Below, piece by piece: positions 50,976 to 59,031 of a stretch of 64,000 nt of DNA; within the stretch, counting starts at the first letter, position 1, and each line of letters starts with the position of its first letter. Source of the stretch: an uncultured Candidatus Saccharibacteria bacterium (lineage in GTDB: Bacteria; Patescibacteriota; Minisyncoccia; Phycocordibacterales; JBBTRF01). The translations under genes and the position numbers were made by a program. Below the pieces are notes generated by a model. It saw nothing but the letters and a program-made list of their open reading frames with translations, did no database searches and was not told the DNA's origin. The stretch spans positions 7,668 to 71,667 of the forward strand of contig CAZRTH010000002.1 of assembly GCA_964602975.1 (NCBI GenBank). The letters run 5' to 3'.

Positions 50976-51215
50976 TCAGGCTTCCGTCTCGACGATGTCA
51001 TCGAACAGGTGAGCGATTGAGCCAAAGCCAGCCGAACCGGAGTCCTGCCAGGTGAGCCCCTCCTCTTCATGCGGACTCTCGGGCAGCGTTGATGTCTCCA
51101 CGGTCACGAACGTGAGGAGGAGAAAGGTGGCAACCTTCCAGTTCCGACGCGCTTTCTTGGTGTGACCCTTGTATTCGGCTTCTGTGGCGTGGGCGATGTG
51201 CTTTCCAGGACCCAT
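50976..51215 (-). CDS. small hypothetical protein (79 aa)
   Basis: Isolated minus-strand ORF with its own strong downstream terminator; hydrophobic central segment 'VATFLLLTFVTV'. Confidence 0.4.
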   Translation of the reverse strand: MGPGKHIAHATEAEYKGHTKKARRNWKVATFLLLTFVTVETSTLPESPHEEEGLTWQDSGSAGFGSIAHLFDDIVETEA

Positions 51216-51371
51216 AGGTGTTCAATGTTTTCGAATTGTCCCCGACAACGTATGTCGAGAACGGTGCTAAGGCACTAGCGGAAAAGTGTACAACACTTCT
51301 ACCAAAATAGCAACTACGGCAGCCTGTGGATTAGGGGCGTCGGCGAAAGAGATATGTTATGATACCCGAAT

Positions 51372-51710
51372 ATGCTGGAAATAAAGGATATCGAGAAACT
51401 GGCTGCGCTCTCGCGCATTTCGCTGACGGATGCAGAAAAGGTTCAAATGCGTTCAGAAATTGAGGCGATTTTGGGCTATGTGGCACAGATCCAAAAAGTC
51501 TCCGGAACTCCGAAAACAGCCGAAGAACGCGCCAAAAAGAAGGAGGAAGTGCGAAACGTGCTTCGTGAAGACGGTAGCGAGACAGTCGATCAGCTTGCCG
51601 GCCAGCCTAGTGCGCGCATGCACATCCCTGGCGAATATTCTGAGGCATTGTTGGCCAATGCACCGAAGCGACAAGGCCGCTTTGTGAAAGTGAAGAAAAT
51701 TTTGTCCTAA
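51372..51710 (+). CDS. gatC: Asp-tRNA(Asn)/Glu-tRNA(Gln) amidotransferase subunit C
   Basis: 'IEKLAALSRISLTDAEKVQMRSEIEAILGYVAQI' typical GatC; immediately upstream of gatA. Confidence 0.8.
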   Translation: MLEIKDIEKLAALSRISLTDAEKVQMRSEIEAILGYVAQIQKVSGTPKTAEERAKKKEEVRNVLREDGSETVDQLAGQPSARMHIPGEYSEALLANAPKRQGRFVKVKKILS

Positions 51711-51743
51711 ACAAACACATCGCGCGAGCGCTACAAACATTCC

Positions 51744-53189
51744 ATGAAGATCGATCTCAAAACACTCACGATCCGCACCGCCCACGAAGCTCTCGTGAAA
51801 GGCAGTTTTTCGGCAGCTGAGCTTGCGCAGGCGTATCTCGATGAAATTTCCGAAAAAAATGCGCGCATCAACGCGTACCTGGAAGTGTTCAGTGATGTTC
51901 TCGAGCAGGCAAAAGCGGCGGACACCCGTATCAAGGAGGGGAAGGCCGGCCTGCTCACTGGCATCCCGATCGCGGTGAAGGATAATATTTTGATCAAAGG
52001 CCGACGAGTCGGCGCTGCTTCGAAGATCCTCGAAGGATACATCGCTCCATACGATGCAACGGCGATCGCATGCTTGAAAAAAGAAGGCGTTGTCTTCATC
52101 GGCCGAACAAATATGGACGAGTTTGCTATGGGAGGTTCGAATGAAAACTCGGCATACGGTCCGGTACACAATCCGCACGACGAATCGCGCGTGCCGGGCG
52201 GCACTTCGGGCGGTTCAGCTGCAGCCGTGGCAATGTTCGGGGCTTTGGCGGCTTTGGGTTCAGACACCGGCGGTTCGGTGCGACAGCCGTCAAGCTTTTG
52301 CGGGGTGGTCGGCTTCAAGCCGACGTACGGAGCGATCTCTCGATATGGTTTGATCGCCCAAGGTTCTTCGCTCGATCAGATCGGCACCATTGCCAAAAAT
52401 GCCGACGACGCGCAGATTCTTTTTGACGCAATAGTTGGCCACGACGAATATGACAGCACCACGCTTCCGGCAGGTACTTTTCCAGCTGACACTTTTGTCG
52501 CCGCCGCTTCCTGCGCTGTGAAAAAGCGCATTGGCATTCCGCGGCATTTTATGAAGCAAGGAATCGATCCAGAAGTACTGGCGAATTTTGAGTTGGCGAT
52601 TGATCGGTACCAGAAACTCGGATACGAGATCGTCGAGGTCACGTTGCCGAATATCGAACATTCTCTCGCGGTCTATTATATTGTGATGTTTGCCGAAGCA
52701 TCATCGAATCTCGCGCGTTTCGACGGCATGAAATATGGCGCGCTCAAGGAAGGAAATGACCTGCTTGCTGATTATCTCCGCACCCGCACCGAAGGTTTTG
52801 GTAAAGAAGTTCGCCGCCGTATCATGATGGGCAACTACATCCTTTCTTCTGGCTACTACGACGCCTATTATGCCAAAGCGAATCTCGTTCGCGACATGAT
52901 CAAGGCTGATTTCGATGAGGCATTCAAAAAAGTCGATTTCATTTTGACTCCTACATCCCCAGTACCGGCTTTCAAAATCGGTGAAAAATCAACCGATCCG
53001 CTCCAGATGTACTTGGCCGATATCTTCACCGTCACGGCCAACTTGGTTGGTGTACCCGCAATATCCATTCCTTCCGGCTTTATTAAAAAGGAAGGCAAGC
53101 AGCTGCCGCTCGGCATCCAGCTCATGGCGCCGCGAAAAGCAGATGCGACACTTTTCCACTCCGCAAAAGATTTCCTTGGCGAGGTTTGA
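51744..53189 (+). CDS. gatA: Glu-tRNA(Gln) amidotransferase subunit A (amidase signature family)
   Basis: 'GIPIAVKDNI', amidase signature 'GGTSGGSAAAVAMFGALAALGSDTGGSVRQP'. Confidence 0.9.
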   Translation: MKIDLKTLTIRTAHEALVKGSFSAAELAQAYLDEISEKNARINAYLEVFSDVLEQAKAADTRIKEGKAGLLTGIPIAVKDNILIKGRRVGAASKILEGYIAPYDATAIACLKKEGVVFIGRTNMDEFAMGGSNENSAYGPVHNPHDESRVPGGTSGGSAAAVAMFGALAALGSDTGGSVRQPSSFCGVVGFKPTYGAISRYGLIAQGSSLDQIGTIAKNADDAQILFDAIVGHDEYDSTTLPAGTFPADTFVAAASCAVKKRIGIPRHFMKQGIDPEVLANFELAIDRYQKLGYEIVEVTLPNIEHSLAVYYIVMFAEASSNLARFDGMKYGALKEGNDLLADYLRTRTEGFGKEVRRRIMMGNYILSSGYYDAYYAKANLVRDMIKADFDEAFKKVDFILTPTSPVPAFKIGEKSTDPLQMYLADIFTVTANLVGVPAISIPSGFIKKEGKQLPLGIQLMAPRKADATLFHSAKDFLGEV

Positions 53190-53204
53190 TACAATGAAAG
53201 GGAT

Positions 53205-53852
53205 ATGAACCCTCTCATGTCCTTTTTACAAGCGTCGGCCGGAGCAGCCGGCCAAGATGTCGTCCCAAAACTGCCAGCTATTTCTTTCGAAGATATTTTC
53301 ATTCGGACCATCAACTTCTTTTTTGATGTTGCCGGTGCCGACTATCAGCACACGATCGATGTCTTGCTCTTTTCGGTGCGATTCTTCTCCATCTTCCTCT
53401 CGCTTCTCTTTATCATCGGTACTATCTATGCTCGTATGCAAGCGGCTCAAATAGAGGTCCGCAGACATCAGCGTACCGCACCAAAGAAGAAAAATCCTGC
53501 AGACAATGTTGCTGCCGCTGATTCCGAGAAACAGCAACATGCTGAGCGTTGGGCCAGGGTGGAGGAACATGTGGGCTCTCCGAACGAATCCGATTGTCGA
53601 TTGGCTGTTCTTGAAGCGGATATCATTTTGGATGACATGCTCAAGGCAATGGGAACGTTTGGCGATACGATCAGCGATCGACTGAAGACGCTCAGCACGC
53701 AGACATTGCCGAGCATACAAAAGGCATGGGAGGCGCACTTGGTGAGGAATCAGATCGCGCACGAGGGCGAGAATTTCAAGCTGTCTCAGCACGAAGCGCG
53801 GCGAGTCATCGGGCTTTTTGAGAGTGTGTTGAAGGAGGGAGGGTTTATTTGA
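53205..53852 (+). CDS. hypothetical membrane protein with C-terminal HEPN-like (Rx4H) motif
   Basis: TM segment 'FFSIFLSLLFIIGTIYA'; C-terminal 'HLVRNQIAHEGENF' fits HEPN/DUF4145-type R-x4-H; otherwise unassigned. Confidence 0.4.
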   Translation: MNPLMSFLQASAGAAGQDVVPKLPAISFEDIFIRTINFFFDVAGADYQHTIDVLLFSVRFFSIFLSLLFIIGTIYARMQAAQIEVRRHQRTAPKKKNPADNVAAADSEKQQHAERWARVEEHVGSPNESDCRLAVLEADIILDDMLKAMGTFGDTISDRLKTLSTQTLPSIQKAWEAHLVRNQIAHEGENFKLSQHEARRVIGLFESVLKEGGFI

Positions 53853-53986
53853 TTTCGCGTCGAGTTCGTGGTACGCTGTTTCTTGTGTCCGGTGAAGGAC
53901 ATGGGTATTATCGCGGGGTAGAGAAGCAGTAACTCGCAAGGCTCATAACCTTGAGGCCCGCGTGCAATTCGCGGCCCCGCAACAAG

Positions 53987-54029
53987 GAAAACGAAAAATG
54001 GACGCCGAAAAGGCGTTCATTTTTCGTTT
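53987..54029. terminator. strong bidirectional hairpin terminator
   Basis: 'AAAACGAAAAATGGACGCC-gaaaa-GGCGTTCATTTTTCGTTTT' ~19-bp stem flanked by A/T runs. Confidence 0.55.
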
Positions 54030-54099
54030 TAGGCGTTTGTTTTTTGACACCTTTTATGATACTTTTTGGTTCTAGCGCTCACATTCGACGCTATGAAAT

Positions 54100-54173
54100 G
54101 CCGGAGTAGCTCAGGTGGTTAGAGCATCTCACTCATAAAGAGAAGGTCACAGGTTCAACTCCTGTCTCCGGCA
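54100..54173 (+). tRNA. tRNA with CAU anticodon (Met, initiator or Ile2-lysidine)
   Basis: Acceptor GCCGGAG/CTCCGGC, D-arm GCTC-AGGTGGTTA-GAGC, anticodon loop CT-CAT-AA, T-arm ACAGG-TTCAACT-CCTGT; CCA not encoded. Confidence 0.75.
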
Positions 54174-54360
54174 CAAACATTTTTACGCATTACAACACGC
54201 AAATTTTAGGCCCAAACGGGGCCGTTTTTTGGCTACCAGCCACGCAAGCCGTTGCACATTTTCAGCGCAGGTATACACTTATCAACTAGGAAAAACGAAG
54301 CCACTGTGGCCCGTTTTGCTCCCTGATAGTCCAGTCGGTCAGTTTCCCGGAGGAACCCAT

Positions 54361-55002
54361 ATGAAGAAACTGTTCGTAGCGGTCATCGGGCTGGCGGCAT
54401 TTTGCCTCGCCAGCGTTCAGTGCACAGCGGATGAGAAAGCGGCAGGCGCGGCGGGTGTGCCGATGTATGCCAAACTCAAGCCTAACGTTGTTCCGATTCC
54501 AGTCGGACCGCTTGATCAGCCGGCAAAGGCTGTGCAGAAGCCGGATCAACCGGCAGCCAGACAGGCAAAGCCAACCGCCTATCCTGTGAAGCTCGCTCTC
54601 GGTCAGCCGCCTCTGCCTCGCGGAGCAGCCGCATCGCAATTGCCGACGAAAGAAATTCGGTTCGGACTAAAGCCTTCGGTGTTCGACTTGGCCAGTGAGC
54701 AGTTCACCGATGTCATCACGGTCTTCGGCGAGCGAGTTGTGCCGCCTCCGGAAAGGAGCGGACTGGAGCATGTCGCCTCGCCCTCAGCGAAATACGCCAG
54801 CGATGAATACCAGTGGACATTCTGGCAGCAAAAGAACGCCACAGGCAAGCCGTTGTTTGGCACCGACTTCGTCTTCCGCTACCGCTACCCGACCGAGGGT
54901 GCGGCACCGCGGGATTTCCGTGGCGGGGAAGTGATCGTTGGGTTCGCCATCAATGTCCCGCTCAGCACCTTCCGCCCTGTCGGACTGCTGTTTACGCGAT
55001 GA
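54361..55002 (+). CDS. secreted hypothetical protein (signal peptide)
   Basis: 'MKKLFVAVIGLAAFCLASVQC' signal peptide; Pro/Ala/Gln-rich; start at internal Met of ORF 54229..55002; locally GC-rich. Confidence 0.45.
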   Translation: MKKLFVAVIGLAAFCLASVQCTADEKAAGAAGVPMYAKLKPNVVPIPVGPLDQPAKAVQKPDQPAARQAKPTAYPVKLALGQPPLPRGAAASQLPTKEIRFGLKPSVFDLASEQFTDVITVFGERVVPPPERSGLEHVASPSAKYASDEYQWTFWQQKNATGKPLFGTDFVFRYRYPTEGAAPRDFRGGEVIVGFAINVPLSTFRPVGLLFTR

Positions 55003-55134
55003 GAGCAAAAGGCCTCATTTTGATCACTATTCGAGAGAGCGGCGCCGTGGTGCCGCTCTTTTCTTATTCATCCAAATATGTATAATGGGCCGTATCCTTC
55101 GGTCGTTCCTGTTCAATAGATATGTGGGATGTAT

Positions 55135-55208
55135 GCGGCCATAGCTTAGCTGGATAAAGCGCCTCCCTGTCACGGAGGAGACCGCCGGTTCGAGTCCGGT
55201 TGGCCGCG
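55135..55208 (+). tRNA. tRNA-Asp (anticodon GUC)
   Basis: Acceptor GCGGCCA/TGGCCGC, D-arm GCTT-AGCTGGATA-AAGC, anticodon stem CCTCC/GGAGG loop CT-GTC-AC, T-arm GCCGG-TTCGAGT-CCGGT, discriminator G. Confidence 0.8.
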
Positions 55209-55243
55209 CTAGTTAGATTAGTAAGGATAGTATAATTGGATCT

Positions 55244-56116
55244 ATGTTAGAAGAAGCAAGAAGTCCAGAAGCATTAAAAAGCACAGTTGTTCTGGATGAG
55301 ACAGGGCAGCATTGGGAGATGCAACTTAGTGAAATGCTAGAAAAATGTACTAATATTATTGCTTTGCGTGGAGCGGGTTCGTTCAACGGTATTTCTAAAA
55401 AAGATTCAGAAAGAATTTTGGAAACAGAACTAATTCCAAGAGTGCAAAAGTATTTAGACGCTGATGGTAAAGTTGCTGTTATTTACGACGGTGACGACGA
55501 TGATCCAAATTATCCAGATATCGGGCATATTATGGGAGGACTCAGAGACCATTTTCTTGATAAAGTAGATTTTTTCGCTGTGCAGACGATTAGTTGGTAT
55601 AGATATGGTGGAGAGTTGCCAAAAATGCGTCCGCTACATTCTGTCAATGGAAATGAATATGCCACCACTCTTTTTCCAGATAAAAAGTTTGAAGGAGATC
55701 ATGACCACTTCTCTCAGAATCGACGACTCGCCCAGTCTCCAAAATACGAACAATGGTATGTGGGAGCTTGCGGTCAAATAGCTATTAAACAACTTGCTGA
55801 CTATAGTGCTAAAGCCGGAGATACAGCCCTACAACATAGAGTTTCAATCTTCAGGAGCCCAATTTCGATAGAACAAGAACAAAAAATCCTTGAAAGCATA
55901 CAAGAAAGCCAAAAAACTTTACGAGAGCTTGAGATGTGTGCGGCAAGAGGCGACTCCATTGATGAATCACGCGTTCGGGAAATAACCCAGAAGACAAATC
56001 GTCTCAGTGAATCATTGAAGCGCAGAGCTGCTAGTCCGTACGGATTACTTTGTGATGAAAAGGGGGAATTTGTTAAAAAACCCGAGTATGGTAATTTAAT
56101 GATCGAGGTTGTGTAA
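55244..56116 (+). CDS. hypothetical protein, AT-rich gene immediately 3' of tRNA-Asp
   Basis: 290 aa; 'IIALRGAGSFNGIS...VAVIYDGDDDDPNYPDIGHIMGG' Gly-rich loop after beta-strand (Rossmann-like nucleotide-binding look) and 'WYVGACGQIAIKQL'; codon usage visibly AT-richer than neighbours. Confidence 0.45.
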   Translation: MLEEARSPEALKSTVVLDETGQHWEMQLSEMLEKCTNIIALRGAGSFNGISKKDSERILETELIPRVQKYLDADGKVAVIYDGDDDDPNYPDIGHIMGGLRDHFLDKVDFFAVQTISWYRYGGELPKMRPLHSVNGNEYATTLFPDKKFEGDHDHFSQNRRLAQSPKYEQWYVGACGQIAIKQLADYSAKAGDTALQHRVSIFRSPISIEQEQKILESIQESQKTLRELEMCAARGDSIDESRVREITQKTNRLSESLKRRAASPYGLLCDEKGEFVKKPEYGNLMIEVV

Positions 56117-56151
56117 AAGTTTGTTTTTGCCCACCCTATTTAAAGCTTCAC

Positions 56152-56964
56152 ATGTCTCAACATCAGGATTTTTGGAACAAGGAATATAAAAGCCCGAAAC
56201 ATCTGGCCCTTTCGGAGCAGCCGGCCGAAGATCTGGAGAAGTTCTCTCGTTGGCTTGCCCGAGCTTGGGAAAAGGAGCCACAGGCTATTCTCGGTATCGA
56301 CGCGAATTCTTTTGTGGTGGACATGGGCTGCGGCAACGGCCGTAATTTGGCATATTTGGCGAAGACTTTTGGTTGCAGGGGCATCGGTTTTGATGTTTCC
56401 GGCGAAGCGATCCGCCAAGCCAGAATGGTGGCCGAGAAAGTGGATGCTGAAATAGCGGAAGAAGAAGGTGGGGAGGGCGGGAAACGAAACGACAAACGAG
56501 GCGAAAAAAGCGGCGACAAGAAGCACTCGGACAAAGTGAGTTCGCTTCTCACATTTGAGGCACGTTCGATCGAGGGGACATTTCCAGAGATCGCAGATGA
56601 GTCGGTCGATTTGGTGCTCGATATGATGTCGTCACATTTTTTAAATGAAAAGCAGCGAATCGTGTTTCGCGACGAGGTGGCGCGCATTCTAAAGCCAGGC
56701 GGATGGCTCTTTTTCAAAACATTCTGCGCCGATGGGGATCTGCACACGAAACGTCTTCTGCGTGACAACCCTTCCGAGGAGGCCGGCTCGTATATTCATC
56801 CAAAATTTGGCATGGCTGAACATGTGTGGACCGAAGAGGAGATCGAAGGGTTTTTTGGCGAGCAATTTGAGGTGAAGAAAGCGGAAAAATCGCATCGACA
56901 CATTTTGAACGGCCGAGCATTTAAGCGTCGTACGATCACGGCGTATTTGGAGAGGAAGTGGTAG
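56152..56964 (+). CDS. class I SAM-dependent methyltransferase with internal Lys/Glu-rich insertion
   Basis: Motif I 'VVDMGCGNGRNLAYLA', post-I acidic 'GFDVS', motif 'LKPGGWLFF'; 'EEEGGEGGKRNDKRGEKSGDKKHSDK' insertion. Confidence 0.65.
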   Translation: MSQHQDFWNKEYKSPKHLALSEQPAEDLEKFSRWLARAWEKEPQAILGIDANSFVVDMGCGNGRNLAYLAKTFGCRGIGFDVSGEAIRQARMVAEKVDAEIAEEEGGEGGKRNDKRGEKSGDKKHSDKVSSLLTFEARSIEGTFPEIADESVDLVLDMMSSHFLNEKQRIVFRDEVARILKPGGWLFFKTFCADGDLHTKRLLRDNPSEEAGSYIHPKFGMAEHVWTEEEIEGFFGEQFEVKKAEKSHRHILNGRAFKRRTITAYLERKW

Positions 56965-57049
56965 CGTCGTCGAATTGATTGAAAAAAAGCGGTAAATATA
57001 CTATCCTTACAAAGCTATCTTGAATACCAAGCCAAGTAGCCAGTAATTT

Positions 57050-57319
57050 GCCGTTGTAGCTCAGTTGGTAGAGCACGTCATTGGTGGGTCGTAACCCCTG
57101 CCCACGATGGAAGCAATTTCGTCGCGAATCCCGAATAACGGTTAATATCCAAATATTGGACAAGACCGTGGCGCCGAAAGTTTCGACGCCCGAACGACTG
57201 ACAAGGGTCTCCTGTCGCTGCACGGTTTGCAGATTGGGGAGAAAGATACAGTCTAGTCCTCTCGCAAGATGAGGTGTAAACGAATGACGAGGTCATCAGT
57301 TCAATCCTGATCAACGGCT
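57050..57319 (+). tRNA. tRNA-Thr (anticodon GGU) interrupted by a group I intron between positions 36 and 37
   Basis: 5' exon 57050-57085 'GCCGTTG-TA-GCTC-AGTTGGTA-GAGC-A-CGTCA-TTGGT', 3' exon 57283-57319 'AA-TGACG-AGGTC-ATCAG-TTCAATC-CTGAT-CAACGGC-T'; joined exons give perfect cloverleaf with anticodon loop TTGGTAA identical to E. coli tRNA-Thr(GGU); 5' exon ends in U, intron ends in G. Confidence 0.6.
57086..57282 (+). ncRNA. candidate group I self-splicing intron (~197 nt) within tRNA-Thr(GGU)
   Basis: Contains 'GACAAGACCGU' (cf. Tetrahymena P3/J3-4 'GGCAAGACCGUCAAAUUGCGGG') and 'AAGAUACAGUCUAGUCC' (cf. conserved J8/7-P7 'AAGAUAUAGUCC'; Azoarcus 'GAGACUAGACGG'); terminal G before 3' exon; size similar to the smallest known tRNA-embedded group I introns. 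Confidence 0.5.
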
Positions 57320-57415
57320 CTTTTTTCAGCACTTAGGTCAAATAATAGAAATAAAAAAACCGAGCAGCCATTGTTGACTGCCGGTTCGTGATTCTCATTA
57401 CCGCTGTTCGAGGCC

Positions 57416-58300
57416 TCAGCGATTTTCCATGATGCCGAGCCGCTTGAGATAGCGGGCGTCGCGCTCGACGCATTCGTGCCCCGGGGTCTGTGTGGAGCAG
57501 AGGTCTTCGAGACCGAATGCCCGGATCATGCCGAGGTCGAAGGTTTCGACGCCAAGCACGCAATCTTGCGGGAGCAGATCCAATTCGAGGGAGTAGTCAT
57601 GGAAATTGATTCCGTGATCAACGTCCAGGGGTTCCCGCTTCAGATTTGCGAGCTCGAAGTAGCCGACTGCGTGGCGCATCTTCCTGAAATCCGCAATCGT
57701 CAAGCCACGCATCTTTGCGTGCCCGGTGTCCCAGTGCAGCTTGATTCGGCCGAGGTCGAAACTGGTGATGATGTCGAAGATGTGATGGAAAGGGTTCGGC
57801 GTTCCTTCTTCGGCACCGTTGAGCGCTTCAAGACAGCCTTCGAAGCCCGTGTCCTGCATCAGTCTGTTCAGGCGGCAGAGCCAAGCAGCCTGGGGGATGG
57901 CGAGCCGCTTTTCTTGCCAATCAGGTCGATCGAGACGATGGATGGCCTGGAAAGGGCCCACCACTTTTCTCGGTCCGGTGACCGCATTGGCCAAGGCGAA
58001 AGCGAACTTCATCTGTTCGCGGATCACCTCCAGAGCAGCGCCCATAGCGCCTTTCAGGGGGTCGGGGCTACCGCCACCGAGGAAGCAGCACACCATGCCA
58101 AGCATCTGCTTTTCAACGAAGATGTCCGTGACGATCTCCGGAGTGAGGCTCGGCTGGAAGACCGCGGGCACGATGACCATGCCACTGTGGCCTTGGGCCT
58201 TGCAGTGGTCGAGGCTCGCGCGCAGGAGGTCGGCGTTGAAGCTATGGCCGTAGGCGAGGCAGTGACCCATGACTGGGGCGGGGAGGGTTAGCGTTTTCAT
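57416..58300 (-). CDS. hypothetical protein (possible TIM-barrel sugar-phosphate isomerase/epimerase-like)
   Basis: 294-aa ORF with His/Glu/Asp-rich conserved-looking positions ('HWDTGHA', 'GVETFD'); assignment weak. Confidence 0.35.
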   Translation of the reverse strand: MKTLTLPAPVMGHCLAYGHSFNADLLRASLDHCKAQGHSGMVIVPAVFQPSLTPEIVTDIFVEKQMLGMVCCFLGGGSPDPLKGAMGAALEVIREQMKFAFALANAVTGPRKVVGPFQAIHRLDRPDWQEKRLAIPQAAWLCRLNRLMQDTGFEGCLEALNGAEEGTPNPFHHIFDIITSFDLGRIKLHWDTGHAKMRGLTIADFRKMRHAVGYFELANLKREPLDVDHGINFHDYSLELDLLPQDCVLGVETFDLGMIRAFGLEDLCSTQTPGHECVERDARYLKRLGIMENR

Positions 58301-58485
58301 GCGAGAAGAAACGATTCCAACTGTTTGTTAAGGATGCGACTCACTATCAGGGTTTTTTCTTTCCTGATACGAGCTTTTGACTGGGGTGGATAGTAAATTA
58401 AAAATAGAGGCTTGTCAATCAGACCTTGGCAGTACGTTGTTTCATTGCTTCATTTTTGTTACCATTTCGAAGCTAGTGTTTTCAA

Positions 58486-58561
58486 GCCAAAGTAGCTCAG
58501 TTGGTAGAGCACCACTTTCGTAAAGTGGGGGTCCCCGGTTCGATCCCGGGCTTTGGCTCCA
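58486..58561 (+). tRNA. tRNA-Thr (anticodon CGU), CCA encoded
   Basis: Acceptor GCCAAAG/CTTTGGC, D-arm GCTC-AGTTGGTA-GAGC, anticodon stem CCACT/AGTGG loop TT-CGT-AA, T-arm CCCGG-TTCGATC-CCGGG, TCCA end. Confidence 0.8.
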
Positions 58562-59031
58562 TCGCATTTCCCGACCATTTGTTGCATTTCGCTCCGCACC
58601 GTACTATAGTGTTTCCGGCTGGTCAGTGTAGTGCAGAAAGACACGGGGCGTTCTTGGCTCCTCCGTCTCGGGCGCGATCGCTAATTTCATAGTTCGCGTG
58701 AGAGACAAGTTCACCATGTTGCGAGCCGCTCGCAAAAGCGAGTGCAGGCGACTGTCCTCAAAGGGTGGGAACATTCCGCACCTTGCGGTCGGCCGATCTG
58801 CGGCGTGCCTTCTCGCTTGCAGTCAATACCCCTCCGGCCACTGTTCCTGTTCCGCCTGCCGCCCCGTGTCGCCTTTTCGCCGTCCTTTGCAGGGCTGTTT
58901 GCCTCCGAGTCGTTCCTCCGGAAAGTTCGTCCATTCCGGTAGGAGACGGAGCGCCAGCAGCTTTCATTGGGCGGCGTTTTCTTTTGCATTATCTTTTGTA
59001 CAAAGGGACCGGAATCGGTATACTGTGACGC

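Noticed and set aside
58562-59031. RNase P RNA in GC-rich spacer
   Set aside because: 'AAGGGUG' and 'GGAAAGUUCG' motifs occur in the wrong order and spacing on either strand relative to bacterial rnpB.
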